Below are positions 26,201-37,604 of a stretch of 64,000 nt of DNA, in pieces. The notes beneath the pieces were generated by a model. That model made no database searches, was not told the DNA's origin, and saw nothing but the letters and a program-made list of their open reading frames with translations. The first letter of the stretch is position 1. Each line of letters starts with the position of its first letter. Origin of the DNA: Mizuhopecten yessoensis (Eukaryota); NCBI RefSeq assembly GCF_002113885.1, contig NW_018407853.1, forward strand, positions 904,486 to 968,485, written 5' to 3'. Position numbers and translations under genes: made by a program.

Positions 26201-28801
26201 ACTTGATCTTGTGGACTTAGATCCACGACTCCGAAATGTGAATTCAACAACACATTCTTGTACTAGCAGAAAGACAGCCATTAGAGGGATGACAAAGACT
26301 GTTTGTAATGACACTGACCTTCCTCTTTGATTTATGATCCTGAAATTACAACAGAAAACAATGAAAGTCTCCAATAAGCAATTAAATCAAGCTAATCTAG
26401 TTTGATGCAAAAGGGGACATTTACCAATATCTTACCATAATTGCTTTCTATTTCATTCATAACAATCTGCATCTTTTTAGTAAATTTACCATGATCTGTT
26501 AAATGTGTTTTACTGCTTATCACAGACAAATCATGGTATTAATCAACCATTTTTTTGCACACTTTACCTTGCTGGCAGGTTTGCTGGCTGCAGTTGAAGG
26601 AGTTGATTTCACAGGACTTGGTTTACCATCTTCTGTCTGTTATACAAAATAACAAAATCTATCAAACTACAGTCTAACCTGCTCACTCCTAAGGTGTTAG
26701 CTCACTACATCACAGTATCACCTGCTCACACCTAAGGTGTTAGCTCACTAAATCACAGTATCACCTGCTCACACCTAAGGTGTTAGCTCACTTAACCACC
26801 AGTCTCACCTGGTAACTCCTATTGTGTTATCTCACTAAGTCAATGTCTCACCTGCTCACTACTAAGGTGTTATATCACTCAGTCAATATCTCACCTGCTT
26901 ACTCCTAAGGTGTTCGCTCACTAAACCACCAGTCTCACCTGGTAACTCCTATTCTGTTATCTCACTAAGTCAATATCTCACCTGCTCACTTCTAAGGTGT
27001 TATCTCACTACATCACAGTCTCACCTGCTCACTCCTAAGGTGTTAGCTCACTAAACCACAGTCTCACCTGCTCCCACCTAAGGTGTTAGCTCACTAAACC
27101 ACAGTCTTACCTGCTCACTCCTTAGGTGTTATCTCACTACATCACAGTATTACCTGCTCACTTCTAAGGTGTTAGCTCACTACAACACAATATCACCTGC
27201 TCACTCCTAAGGTGTAAGCTCACTAAACCACAGTCTTACCTGCTCACTCCTTAGGTGTTATCTCACTACATCACAGTATTACCTGCTCACTCCTAAGGAG
27301 TTATTTCACTACATCACAGTCTCACCTGCTCACTCCAAATGTGTTATCTCACTTAATCACCATCTCACCTGGTAACTCCTAATGTGTTATCTCTTTAAAT
27401 CACTGTCTCACCTGCTCACTCCTAAGGTGTTATCTCACTAAATCAATGTCTCACCTGCTCACTCCAAATGTGTTATCTCACTAAATCAATGTCTCACCTG
27501 CTCACTCCTTATGTGTTATCTCCTGATGTGTTATCTGACCTGCTCGGTCATAATGTGATATCTCACTAAACCAGTCTCACCTGCTCACTCCTAAGGTGTT
27601 ATATCACTAAGTCAGTCTTACCTGCTTGCTCCTGAGATGTTATATCACTAAATCACAGTTTCACTTATTAACTATTTGTTATAAGGTGTTAACCCATTAA
27701 ATCACCCATCAATATATGAAGTGTTATCCTAACTAAGGTGTTGAAGAGAAACATCTATTCATGATTGTTAACAAAAGCTTCAGTAGGTCTGTATCAGTTA
27801 TATTCTCTACATTTGAAACAGTTACACAACATATAACTGGTTCAAATTTGAGGAAAATATAGCAATCCCTGAATTTATAAATATGAATGTACATGTACTG
27901 TCAATATTTGAATATGAAGTTACATTATGTAAGAGTAATGAGCCCGGGGCACCCCAACCCTCGCATCCCTCCCAAAAGATGCCGGGGGGATTAATTACAA
28001 TTTGAACCTAAAAAACAACAACAACAAAATAAAAACTTCAGGAGAAGAAAAGCAATTATAATGCAAGTATCAGGTATAGTAAATTAAAAACTATGGTCAC
28101 AGACCAATAGAAATCACAAAATTTCATGTGTATTGAAAGTAACAGGGAGATAGAATATGCCTTGTCTTCTCCTTTAGTCTATAAAGACAGCGCTCTTGAT
28201 CAAATATTGACCTTTCTGTAAAACACTCCTCAATCTCGAAACCTTTGAATAATTTATATAGTGAATCATCATGCCAGATTCATAACTTGAGATCAACATT
28301 TTTTAAGATATTTTATATCCTTACAGGAGTCTTTCTCGTGGTTCCTAAAGGGTTCAACTCATTCATTTGAACAATCTAATCCCCTGATCCGGTGCACACA
28401 ATTTAATCATTATTGATCAAACACTTTAGGATGAAAAGGAAAATGTGAACAAGAACATGAGATATATGATAGAAAATTATTGACAGTCTAGCGGAGTCTA
28501 AAAATGTAGACCTTTATCATGAAGGCGAGGTTTTTACCTTACATATTTATACTGTCCATGCATACAGTGTCTACATTATTGTTGATACAGTCTCTGACTT
28601 GTAACCTTACAATCATACTGAGACCAAAGACACAAATCTGAAAATTAATTTTATACAGCAACGAGCCCCACCCTCTATATATCAAGGTGACAGTATTATA
28701 TCACGTCTGACCTCAAACCACAATAATTAGGTCTCAAAAGAAATCACTACTAGATACCCACGTGAGTCTATGTGGCTTACCTTTGCTGACTGATTCCCCA
28801 T
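14287..28801 (-). CDS. HSPA12: Heat shock 70 kDa protein 12 (HSPA12A/B-like), about 695 aa. Exons 28801-28781, 26636-26568, 24631-24551, 23481-23425, 22521-22411, 22297-22004, 20094-19867, 17858-17702, 15356-14287
   Basis: Family motifs VAAIDFGTTFSGFA, KAPTCVLL, FKHFKMKLY, IHWVLTVPAIWNLKAKQFMREAA, LALEPEAASLYC, DLGGGTIDIT, VGGYAE and AILKGAVMYG. All junctions are GT-AG and phase-compatible. The four 5'-most small exons are less certain than the core. Confidence 0.9.
16336..16426. mobile_element. ~90-bp TTAA-flanked MITE, second copy
   Basis: ttaaccctttcacc...ggtgaaagggttaa; internal tggatgagtccatt is the reverse complement of aatggactcatcca in the 5589 copy. Confidence 0.7.
16464..17612 (+). 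mobile_element. ~1.15-kb non-autonomous TTAA-flanked DNA element (Kolobok- or Crypton-like termini)
   Basis: ttaa|ggacttcccatcc ... gggtggagcctcc|ttaa; colinear similarity over ~1 kb to 51236-52570. Confidence 0.65.
17909..18898 (-). mobile_element. HINE-like element in an HSPA12 intron
   Basis: acaagaggcccaagagcc...gtcacctg at one end; gacgacggacgacggc microsatellite and aggtcacttgagcaaagctcaggtgacctaaaa at the other; internal ~310-bp duplicated core. Confidence 0.72.
20847..21755. repeat. 26-bp minisatellite (cagtggtgtcaggttgagacaggtcc), about 34 copies
   Basis: Directly visible tandem units. Confidence 0.95.
23714..24070 (+). mobile_element. TRIM (miniature non-autonomous LTR retrotransposon) with tRNA-derived LTRs
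   Basis: LTR1 23714-23819 and LTR2 23943-24070 both read tgtag.g.aactgga...ggccgtgcattttc...ctccta.taca. PBS tggtgcctgtgacc follows LTR1. PPT aaaaaggagggaggaa precedes LTR2. LTR2 carries A box tagctcaattgatagagc and B box ggttcaaaccc. Flanks are acca/acta. Confidence 0.8.
26668..27665. repeat. 43-bp minisatellite (ctcacctgctcactcctaaggtgttagctcactaaaccacagt), about 23 copies
   Basis: Directly visible, period 43. Confidence 0.93.
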
Positions 28802-29552
28802 GGTTCTCACTCGGCCGATTCCCAAATATCTATGTTTTGAATCTATAAACAAGAATACAAAAATAATGAAATATTGACAGAATTCGAATGACAAAAGTAC
28901 TTCCTGATCAGGAAAATATTTTAAATCAAAGCTACGGATAAATGGATATGGTAAATATGTGAAAAGTTAATTTATCGTTTTTCTACTTTCGGTTTCTGTA
29001 TACCTAACACTTAGTACATTTAATTGTGCAAACAAACCCACAATTCATTTATATAACTGTTTGTAAAATTAAAGTCATAATGTGTAGTTGATTATATTCA
29101 CAACAAGTAAAGAGAAAAAAACTTACTTCATTGGATCAGAGACGTATTTTACGTCTCTGATTATAGTAACTCAACCTCGACTGCAATTTCTTCGAAAGAT
29201 TCGATTAGGCTGGACCCGGAAGTTCGCATGTCGTTCGGCTATGAAGATATGTAATTGATATGTAGGCCTACTGCTGTATATATGTACAGTTGCGTTTATA
29301 ACCCTATCAACGTTGACATGTCTATCGTTTGTCTAAATTCCAACAGCTCCAGATAGAATCCCAGTCCAAAAAATATGATAGTCACGTGACGGACTAGACC
29401 GATAAGGACGTTATAAATTCTAAGTTGTAAGCGCCCTCTGTCTCTGAAGTGTATAGATAATAGATCTAGTTTCTGTTCAGGTGCACTAGTTATAACAGTC
29501 TCGACGCCTATCAAGGTGTATAGTTTGCTCCACATATGGACCTTATAATTAG

Positions 29553-30290
29553 TCCTTCTTCTCTTCTTTAGGGTGCAGGGGCTCCATCAATGTGTTGACG
29601 ATTATGCCCTCGGGGGTTCTATCACAGAGGCGTGAAAAAAGGGGCTATTTAAAGTGATTAGTTTGTTTGTTTTCGTGCAGTGTATAAATTAACGTGTGAT
29701 GAGGGCTTCAGGGGCTGCATAGGGTGTGTGAGCCTTGAAGTCCTATAGTGTTGCATTCCATTGTGTTATCGTGTGTGGAAAGTAGCAGATATTCATATGT
29801 GTTTGTATGCGTAAGGTGTGTGCATGTCTGTTTCGAGGGTCTACGGGTGGGGGTATATATGTTGGGTTTATAGCTACGATTTGGTGTACAGTTTTGTAAA
29901 AAAAAGATAAGATCATTCTTGTGTGAAAGCGCCGTGTTTGTAGTGTTGGCCATTGTAGTTTGTGGATCATGTCTGTTACTGAGCTGGTGTTGTGGTATCT
30001 TTTGTTTACGTAGCGTGTTGCTCTTCGTTGTGTTTTTTCTATTTGTTTAATTTGGTTTGTGTTGTGTGGATCCCAAATGGAAGATCAGTATTCAAGTTTT
30101 GGTCTGACTAGTGCTTAATTTGTATGTTTTTAAGTTGCGTTTTAGAAAACCCATAGTGACCTATTGGCTGTAATATTAATGTTGTTAATATGTTTGTCCC
30201 ATCGTAGGCTATTATGTAATGTTAAGCCTAACAAGTATTGCTGGATTCTACTTGGTGTAATGTGTGGTTGTGGAGTTTGTAGTCGGCGCG
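29553..30290 (-). mobile_element. Degraded 3' fragment of a non-LTR retrotransposon
   Basis: The minus strand translates to WDPHNTNQIKQIEKTQRRATRYVNKRYHNTSSVTDMIHKLQWPTLQTRR, a typical LINE RT C-terminus, with a gaaga-rich 3' tail near 29553. Confidence 0.75.
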
Positions 30291-31205
30291 TCGATTTACC
30301 CAATACTACCCAATTGAAGTGTTGATTTACCCAATTAAACCCAATACTACCACGGAATTAGATTAAAGTTATCTAAGTCCGTGATACTACCCAATACAAG
30401 TATCGATTTTACACAATACTATCCAAGTTAAAGTTTAAAATACCCAATACAAATAAAAATGTTGTGCGGATCCGGGTATTTTTGGCAAGATAGTCGTTAT
30501 TTGGAATTACTTAATTCAATCTATTACATTTTAAAATATTTCATCATTAATACAAAGACAAATACACTTATTATAGAAGAAATATAACAGTACATGTATT
30601 AACAAAGGGACCAGACAACAGACTTATACTATATACATCCAGAGACGTATGATACATTATATTATGATGTATTACACGTCTCTGATACATCTAAGTCTTT
30701 TCCTATAGATACCGGTATCCTAATACTTTAATTTCATTAAAATATTGAAGTTTTGGGTGGAAGATGGAACAAAAACGGATTTTTTTTAACTATTATGAAC
30801 GAACACATATACTCACTCACTCTCATACTGCCATTCGTAATTGGTATATTTCATATCGTTAGAACTTGCATGTATTAAGATATTACTTATAAATTGAGAA
30901 TCGTTTAGTTTTTTTTTTTAAATATGAACTAGTATGATTAAGTACAGTGGCGGACCCAGCAACTAGGGCAACACCCTTTTTCTGTGCCCAAAAATAATCT
31001 GGACCAAGGTTTTTGAAGATTTTCCTCTATTTCATATGGGATTTCCTTCTAAAATCAACCATCCCTTGAACTATGATTTTCTATGGCTTTCCCTTGCCAG
31101 CATTTTGAATATCTATGTATGCCTAAGGGTGTTGCCCAAATAAGGAATCCACTAATTATACTATAAACAAAAGGGGATTAATCCTCTATTGCCGAGCTAT
31201 ATATT

Positions 31206-31291
31206 ATTTTTGTTCTTCATGTTTTCCCAAGTTCCTCCAAAGCAGCTATGAGATGTTAGCTCCTTTTAACTACGAAACATGCAGCAACGCT
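31206..31291. repeat. Left 86-bp inverted repeat
   Basis: atttttgttcttcatgttttcccaagttcctcc...gaaacatgcagcaacgct; partner at 37605-37690. Confidence 0.92.
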
Positions 31292-31767
31292 TTGGAGATG
31301 TATCATCAGGGCATTGAGTTTGATTTAAATAAGAACGTGACATCGGGCGATAGCAGTACGTCTTGATTACCCCAGGGCAAGATGAAGACTTTATACGATA
31401 TAAAAAACTTACTGAAGTCTGTTTTATTTCTAACGGTTATCTCCCTTTGAACGAGGCAGTGATTGATCAATTTCTTCCATATACTGTATAGATTATAGTA
31501 CTGGGTATACCTAATGGAATGTGTGTATTTGGTAGTATGGGGCACTTGTCAATATTGCCTTGTGCAAATACGCCATTATCTGTTAATTACAGAGGTGTAA
31601 CATTGACATTTGGCTTCAGTACTATATATAGAAATAGATATGCATATGATTATATGAAATAACCAGAGTTGTGCTCTCTATCAAATACTTAGTTAAATGC
31701 TAAGACAATTTTGGTTGGCAATAACAGTAGTTGCCTCAATAGTCATTATATTAGAAATTTATTAAAG

Positions 31768-32890
31768 GCAGGGCCATTTGTGGTTGATAATACCTAAAGT
31801 TGCCTCCAGATACACTATATCAGTATTATTTGAGTCATTTAAAGTTGACAGTACCAAAAGTTGCCTATATAATTAGGTCATTGAAGGTAGGCGGTACATT
31901 GTTGCCTATATATCTAATACACCAAACTTCTTCAAGGCATTTGAGGTTGGCAGTACCCATTGTTGCCGGAAATATCAATTACAATATATCAGAAGGATTA
32001 TTATGGCATTTGAGGTTTACAGTACCCGTTGTTGCCTATAGATTGAATATACAATATATATCAACATTCTTAAGGGCATTTGAGGTTCACAGTAACCCAA
32101 ACTTGCCTTTATATACATCATACTTCTGCTAGGCATTTGAGGTTGACAATACCCATAGTTGCCAATAGATACAAAATATCCTATTTCTTAAGGGCATTTG
32201 AGGTTGACAGTACCCGTAGTTGCCTATATTTACAAAATATCAGAATTCTTAAGGGCATTTGAGGTTGACAATACCTGTAGTTGCCTTTATATACAATACA
32301 TCAGAATTCTATAGGGCATTTGAGGTTGATAGTACCTGTAGTTGCCAATAGATACAAAATATCAGTATTCGTAAGGGCATTTGAGGTTGACGGTACCTGT
32401 AGTTGCCTTTATATACAATATATCATAATTCTGCAGGGCATTTGAGGTTGACAATACCGGTAGTTGCATATATTTACAAAATGTCAGAATTCTTAAGGGC
32501 ATTTGAGGTTGACAGTACCCATAGTTGCCTTTATATACAATACATCAGAATTCTTAAGGGCATTTGAGGTTGACAGTAACCCGTAGTTGCCTATATTTAC
32601 AAAACATCAGTATTCTACAGGGCATTTGAGGTTGACGGTACCCGTAGTTGCCTTTATATACAATATATCATAATTCTGCAGGGCATTTGAGGTTGACAAT
32701 ACCCGTAGTTGCCTACATTTACAAACATCAGTAGTCTTCAGAGCATTTCAGGTTGACAGTACCTGTAGTTGCTTTTAATTTGTATACAATACATCAGAAT
32801 TCTTAAGGGCATTTTATCATGAGGTGGACAATACCCATAGTTTTCTACATGTCCAATATATCAGAATTCTTAAAGGCTTTTGAGGTTAAT
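31768..32890 (+). repeat. ~61-bp tandem array (agggcatttgaggttgacagtacccgtagttgcc plus an AT-rich segment), about 19 units, upstream of gag
   Basis: Period 61 in the centre, degenerate at both edges. Confidence 0.92.
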
Positions 32891-33139
32891 ATCAGAACCA
32901 TTGAGAAATGAAGCTAACAGTATAACCAAACTTTTAACAAATATAGGAACATTAAAGAGCCTATGGGTAAGTACTCTCTGTTGATTTTCAATGATTAATG
33001 TTAGGGCATTTAAGGCCTTAAGGATGTTGGGTTAAATAAAACAAGTTAAAATGAATACATGAAATATTTCTGATGTATTTTTGGTATCACAGATATTTTC
33101 TCTCCTTTTACTTCATATGCACCTTAGGTTTCCAACATC

Positions 33140-34359
33140 ATGCCGCCAAAAAGAAAGGCTGCAGAGGCTGATAACCTAGTGGGGAACAGGAGCAAAACAA
33201 GGAAAAGACTCCCAGCCACAACAAACAGAAATCTATCAGGAGAAGATGGAGCAGTGGCTGATGCAGAGGGCGTACCTGTGCTTAGCATGACACCTTCTCA
33301 CATGCAAAACCTCATCAAACAGGCCTATGAACGAGGCTTGCAGGAAGCTCGGGCTCAGGCAGGGAGTACCACTATTGGTGACTCATCAGTGGCCACAGAA
33401 ATTGTTGTGGATAGCGGCACTACATCAGTCAGTGGACTTCAATCTGCACCCTGTCATCCGGAACCTGTCATCAGTGATGAGATTGGTGGGTCCTCGTCCA
33501 CTATGTTTTTACCCAATTCACAAACAATTCCAGCCAATTGTGTTGTCAGGTCATGTGAGGGTGTTGAGGTCTCATCATCATCCACAGGCAATGACCAATT
33601 TCACTCGGCGTCAATTCCATTGATGGATTTGGTCTCAGACAAAGTGAAGGAAAGAATATGGGCCAACAAATTTGTTGACCTGGCTTCCATCACAGACAAG
33701 AACCAATCCAGTTTTGAAATGGTGCTGAAAGGGGATGATGATGAGTCGCCATCCCTACACTGGTGTAAGAAAGAGCCTTCCAAAAAGAAACTGTCAATAG
33801 AGACATGGACAAATAAATTCACCGTTTTCACAGCTGTGTACTGTAAGAAGTACCCTGATGCAATCGAACAGTTGCTAAAATATTCATCCGTTATCAGGGA
33901 CCTTGCACTCAAGCAGGCTGATTGGGTATACAATGACACCATGCTTCGGGACCTCCGTTGCCACAGGGAAATGGCATGGGATCTGATTCATATGGAACTG
34001 TGGCATGAGGCTATTTCTCGCCGCCAACAATCCTCACATACCTCCTCTCACAAGCATCTCTTCAGAGCAATACTTCCAAAGGCCCTTGTTGGAAATTTAT
34101 GAGAGGGGTACACTGTGGAGGCTGTAAGTACTCACATAAATGTGGTACTTGTGGGGCGAAACATGCGGCAAAGGACTGTCCTATGCTGGGTTCCATATTC
34201 CACAACTCGGACAGCTCTGCCATGCCTTTTGCGCCAAATTCTTTTCATGGCTTTAGAGGTGCTGGGCGACCGACAGGCAGATATCAGTCCGGTCGAGGAC
34301 GGTACCAATCTTTCAGGGGAAACAGGGGCTCATACCCACGACATAGTGTCGCCCGTTAA
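33140..34359 (+). pseudogene. gag-like ORF1 of the YR retrotransposon, frameshifted near 34080
   Basis: VKERIWANKFVDLASI, LSIETWTNKFTVFTAVYCKKYP...LLKY...IRDLA...W. The C-terminal zinc knuckle CWKFMRGVHCGGCKYSHKCGTCGAKHAAKDC lies in a shifted frame. Confidence 0.82.
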
Positions 34360-35913
34360 CCCAGATACACTGGCTCAACTACTGCTAGGATATGACCCAG
34401 ATAAAACTAAGTTTTTAGTAAATGACTTTACTAATGGTTTTCATATTCACTTTGAAGGCGACACTTCTGGTAGATCCTGCAACAATCTCAAGTCTGCGAT
34501 CGAAATGCCAGATATTATCGACAAAAAATTAAAAGCAGAATTGGATGCTGGTAGAATTGCTGGCCCTTTCAATGATAAGCCTTTTAAAAAAAAATCATGC
34601 TAGTCCATTAGATGTTGTTCCTTAAAAAGAGCCTGGTAAATTCCGTTTAATTCATCACCTGAGTCACCCAAAAGGGTTTTCGATCAATGATGGGATAGCA
34701 GACGCAAATGCTTCAGTGCATTATTCAACAATAACTGATGCAATCCCATTTTTAAAATCCTTACACGAACCATATATGGCTAAAACAGACATTGAATCAG
34801 CATTTCGAATAGTTCCAATTCACCCTAGTCAACGCTACCTGCTTGGTTTCAAGTGGAAAGACAAATTTTATTTTGACAAATGTTTACGTATGGGTTTAGC
34901 AGAAAGTTGCAGGATCTTTGAAGAATTTAGTACGCACTTGAGTGGGCAGCATATAGCAAACTTTGGGCAACAGCGGTAGTTCATGTACTTTTTTGTTTAT
35001 TGAAGAAAATGCTGCAGCATGTAGCCTGATTCTCTCTGATTTCAAAAAGATGTGTTCTAGTATTGGGGTTCCTTTGGCGAGGGAAAAAACATTTGGTCCT
35101 GACCAAGTCATGCCTTTCTAAGGCATTACTTTGGATGCCAAAAAAATGGAGGCAAGGCTACCAGTAGACAAATTAAAACACTGTCAGGAATTATGTAGGG
35201 CATATAAAACAAGACAAAGGGTCGTCCTTAGAGATCTGCAATCATTGATTGGTACACTGCAGTTTGCAACATCTGTAGTATTACCAGGGCGGGCCTTTTT
35301 ACGCAGACTTATTGATCTTACAATCAACATTAAAAAAACATATCACAAAATACGTCTTTCATCAGCTATCAGAGCAGACCTCTCAACATGGGAGTCCTTT
35401 TTAGACGAATTTAATGGGTGCAGCTTCTTTTTGAATGATCACTGGGTGACATCCCAAACACTGAAGTTGTATACAGATTCCTCATCAACCATTGGTTTTG
35501 GGGCAGTTTTTCAGAATTCATGGTTTTGTGGTCAGTGGGACAATGAAGCAAAAAAGCACCATATAACTGCTTTAGAACTTTATCCTATTCTTGCAGCATT
35601 GTACGCTTGGGGACATAAATTTAGAAACCAGGCCTTGTGGTTATGTACTGATAATCTAGCTTTAGTTTATATCATAAATAAACAAACGTCACGAGACAAA
35701 GTCATCATGAAAATGATTCGCCCATTAGTACTGTATTGTCTTCATAATAACATACTAATTAGGGCAACTCACATTGAAGGGGTCAAAAATGTTTTAGCTG
35801 ATGCCTTGTCTCGTTTACAGATAAAGCGATTCAGAGTGTTGCTAACCACTGCGGACCGATCGCCCACTCAGGTGCCACCTCAAGTCAATCAGGACCTGTT
35901 TTTCAAACATTGA
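34340..35913 (+). pseudogene. RT / RNase H ORF of the YR retrotransposon (RT disrupted, RNase H open)
   Basis: ELDAGRIAGPF, KFRLIHHLSHPKG, MAKTDIESAFRIVPIHP. Stops at ~34601 and ~35119; the catalytic DD is missing at ~34990 (VVHVL-//-FLFI). RNase H motifs LYTDSS, ITALELYPI, TDNLALV and NVLADALSR are present. Confidence 0.88.
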
Positions 35914-36821
35914 ATGTACTTCTGAATGCATCACTCTCTCCTGTGTCCCAAAAATTGTATGATAGATCTTTGCAGCTTTTCTCAGAATTTTGTTCTAATT
36001 ATTTGCGAATGGCTGTCCAGTTACCAGTCAAACACACTATTGTAGCATTATATGTCGCTCATGCACATAATTTGAAATTTGCCAATAGCACCATAGCCTC
36101 ACATCTGTCAGCTATCGCATATTGGCACAGCCTACATGGGTTTGCTGACCCAACAAAGTCATTTTTAGTCAGAAAAGCAATCCGTGGAGCAGCCAGTCTA
36201 GCCCCCACATATGATATCAGGTTACCAATCACATTGCCAATCTTAGAGCGTTTATGCTCTGCAGTCCCGACAATTCTGAACAATGTTGTCCAACAAAATT
36301 TGGTTGTGGCTGTGTTTGCTGTAGCCTTCTACAGCTTAGCACGCATTGGGGAACTGCTAGGACATTGTTCTCTGGGTACATCTCCAAAGAAAGTAGTACA
36401 GTTAGATGATGTCACTTTTGAGGCAGATGGTGCTGTTCTAAAACGTATGCATATTACTTATAGGGAGTTCAAACATAACATTTCAGGGAAACCTCATGTG
36501 ATACCTGTTGAGGCGAACACTACAAGTAACACATGTCCAGTTACATCCTTGTACAATTACATAAAAATGAGAGGTTCTTCCCCTGGGGCTTTATTTATAG
36601 ACGAGTTGGGTCAGCCTTTTCCACGGGCAAGATCTGAGTCTATCACAAGGCGTTGTCTGGTGTTTTGCGATTTGGACGTGGCTAGATACAAAGGCCACAG
36701 CTTTCGCATCGGAGGTGCCTCCTATGCGGCAGCCAAAGGCTTCACAGATGCACAAATTAGGTTATTAGGTCGCTGGAAGACAGATGCATTCAAGAGGTAC
36801 ATACGCTCTCCTTCGCTATAA
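35910..36821 (+). CDS. Tyrosine recombinase (phage-integrase family) of the DIRS-order element; open ORF with uncertain start
   Basis: RLPIT, ARIGEL, FKHN, GHSFRIGGAS and LGRWKTDAFKRYIR supply the catalytic R-K-H-R-W-Y set. Confidence 0.9.
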   Translation: MNVLLNASLSPVSQKLYDRSLQLFSEFCSNYLRMAVQLPVKHTIVALYVAHAHNLKFANSTIASHLSAIAYWHSLHGFADPTKSFLVRKAIRGAASLAPTYDIRLPITLPILERLCSAVPTILNNVVQQNLVVAVFAVAFYSLARIGELLGHCSLGTSPKKVVQLDDVTFEADGAVLKRMHITYREFKHNISGKPHVIPVEANTTSNTCPVTSLYNYIKMRGSSPGALFIDELGQPFPRARSESITRRCLVFCDLDVARYKGHSFRIGGASYAAAKGFTDAQIRLLGRWKTDAFKRYIRSPSL

Positions 36822-37604
36822 GTAGAACTTCAGAACACTGTCATGATGAGTTTGATTATGCTTGGCCACATGTTATAGTAACACAATAGTAGCGGGACGC
36901 TCGTGTTAGTTGGTCTTGGAAGCATCAGTAAGGTTGACCAGCCACAAGGACCTGTAAGTGATACACAATAGTAGCGGGACGCTCGTGTTTCAGTGGCGGG
37001 CAACTTGTGAGGTTAACAAGTATGCAGTCACATCTAGTTCAAATAAGCACATCTGTAGCGGAACGCTCAGGTTATGTGGACAATGAACTGTTTTATAGGT
37101 TGTCCAGCCACAAGGACTTGTATGCAATAGCAGTGGGATGCTTATGTTTCAGTGGCTGGCAACTACTACTGTAAATACAAGTGATACAAATATGAGGAAG
37201 GCTTGTAGCGGTACGCTCCCTTTCCTACATTGTTTCATGGCTATATCTTTTGAAAGATAGAAATGTGTTTCACTGTTTTGTTGTGATGTTTTATAAATTG
37301 TACAAAGTAGATTATGATGATTTTATGTAGGTAGAAAACATGCAGCTCGGGTGGCGGCGTCATCACTGGCTTGTCTGGCTTGTGATGCCTTATGGCGGTT
37401 TTAATTGGCCGCACCTTTACAAAAAGGTAATTCATTTCGAATATAAAAGTCAAAAGAAAACAAAAATTAGGAAAGAGAAATCATTTCAAAAAATAATCAA
37501 AAGAAGAAATACAAAACAAATAATTAAATAAATTCGGCGGCCCAGTTTTTTGGGTGAGCCATTTACGCCAAACCCAGGTCTTTGTGTTATGATTTTGTAA
37601 ACAG

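Noticed and set aside
31768-32890. CRISPR-like repeat/spacer array next to an RT
   Set aside because: The variable segments are clearly related to each other, there are no cas genes, and the context is eukaryotic. Kept as a tandem array.
37440-37530. DIRS1-type internal complementary region
   Set aside because: Only a short A-rich match (aacaaaaatta) to the terminus, which is expected by chance in low-complexity sequence.
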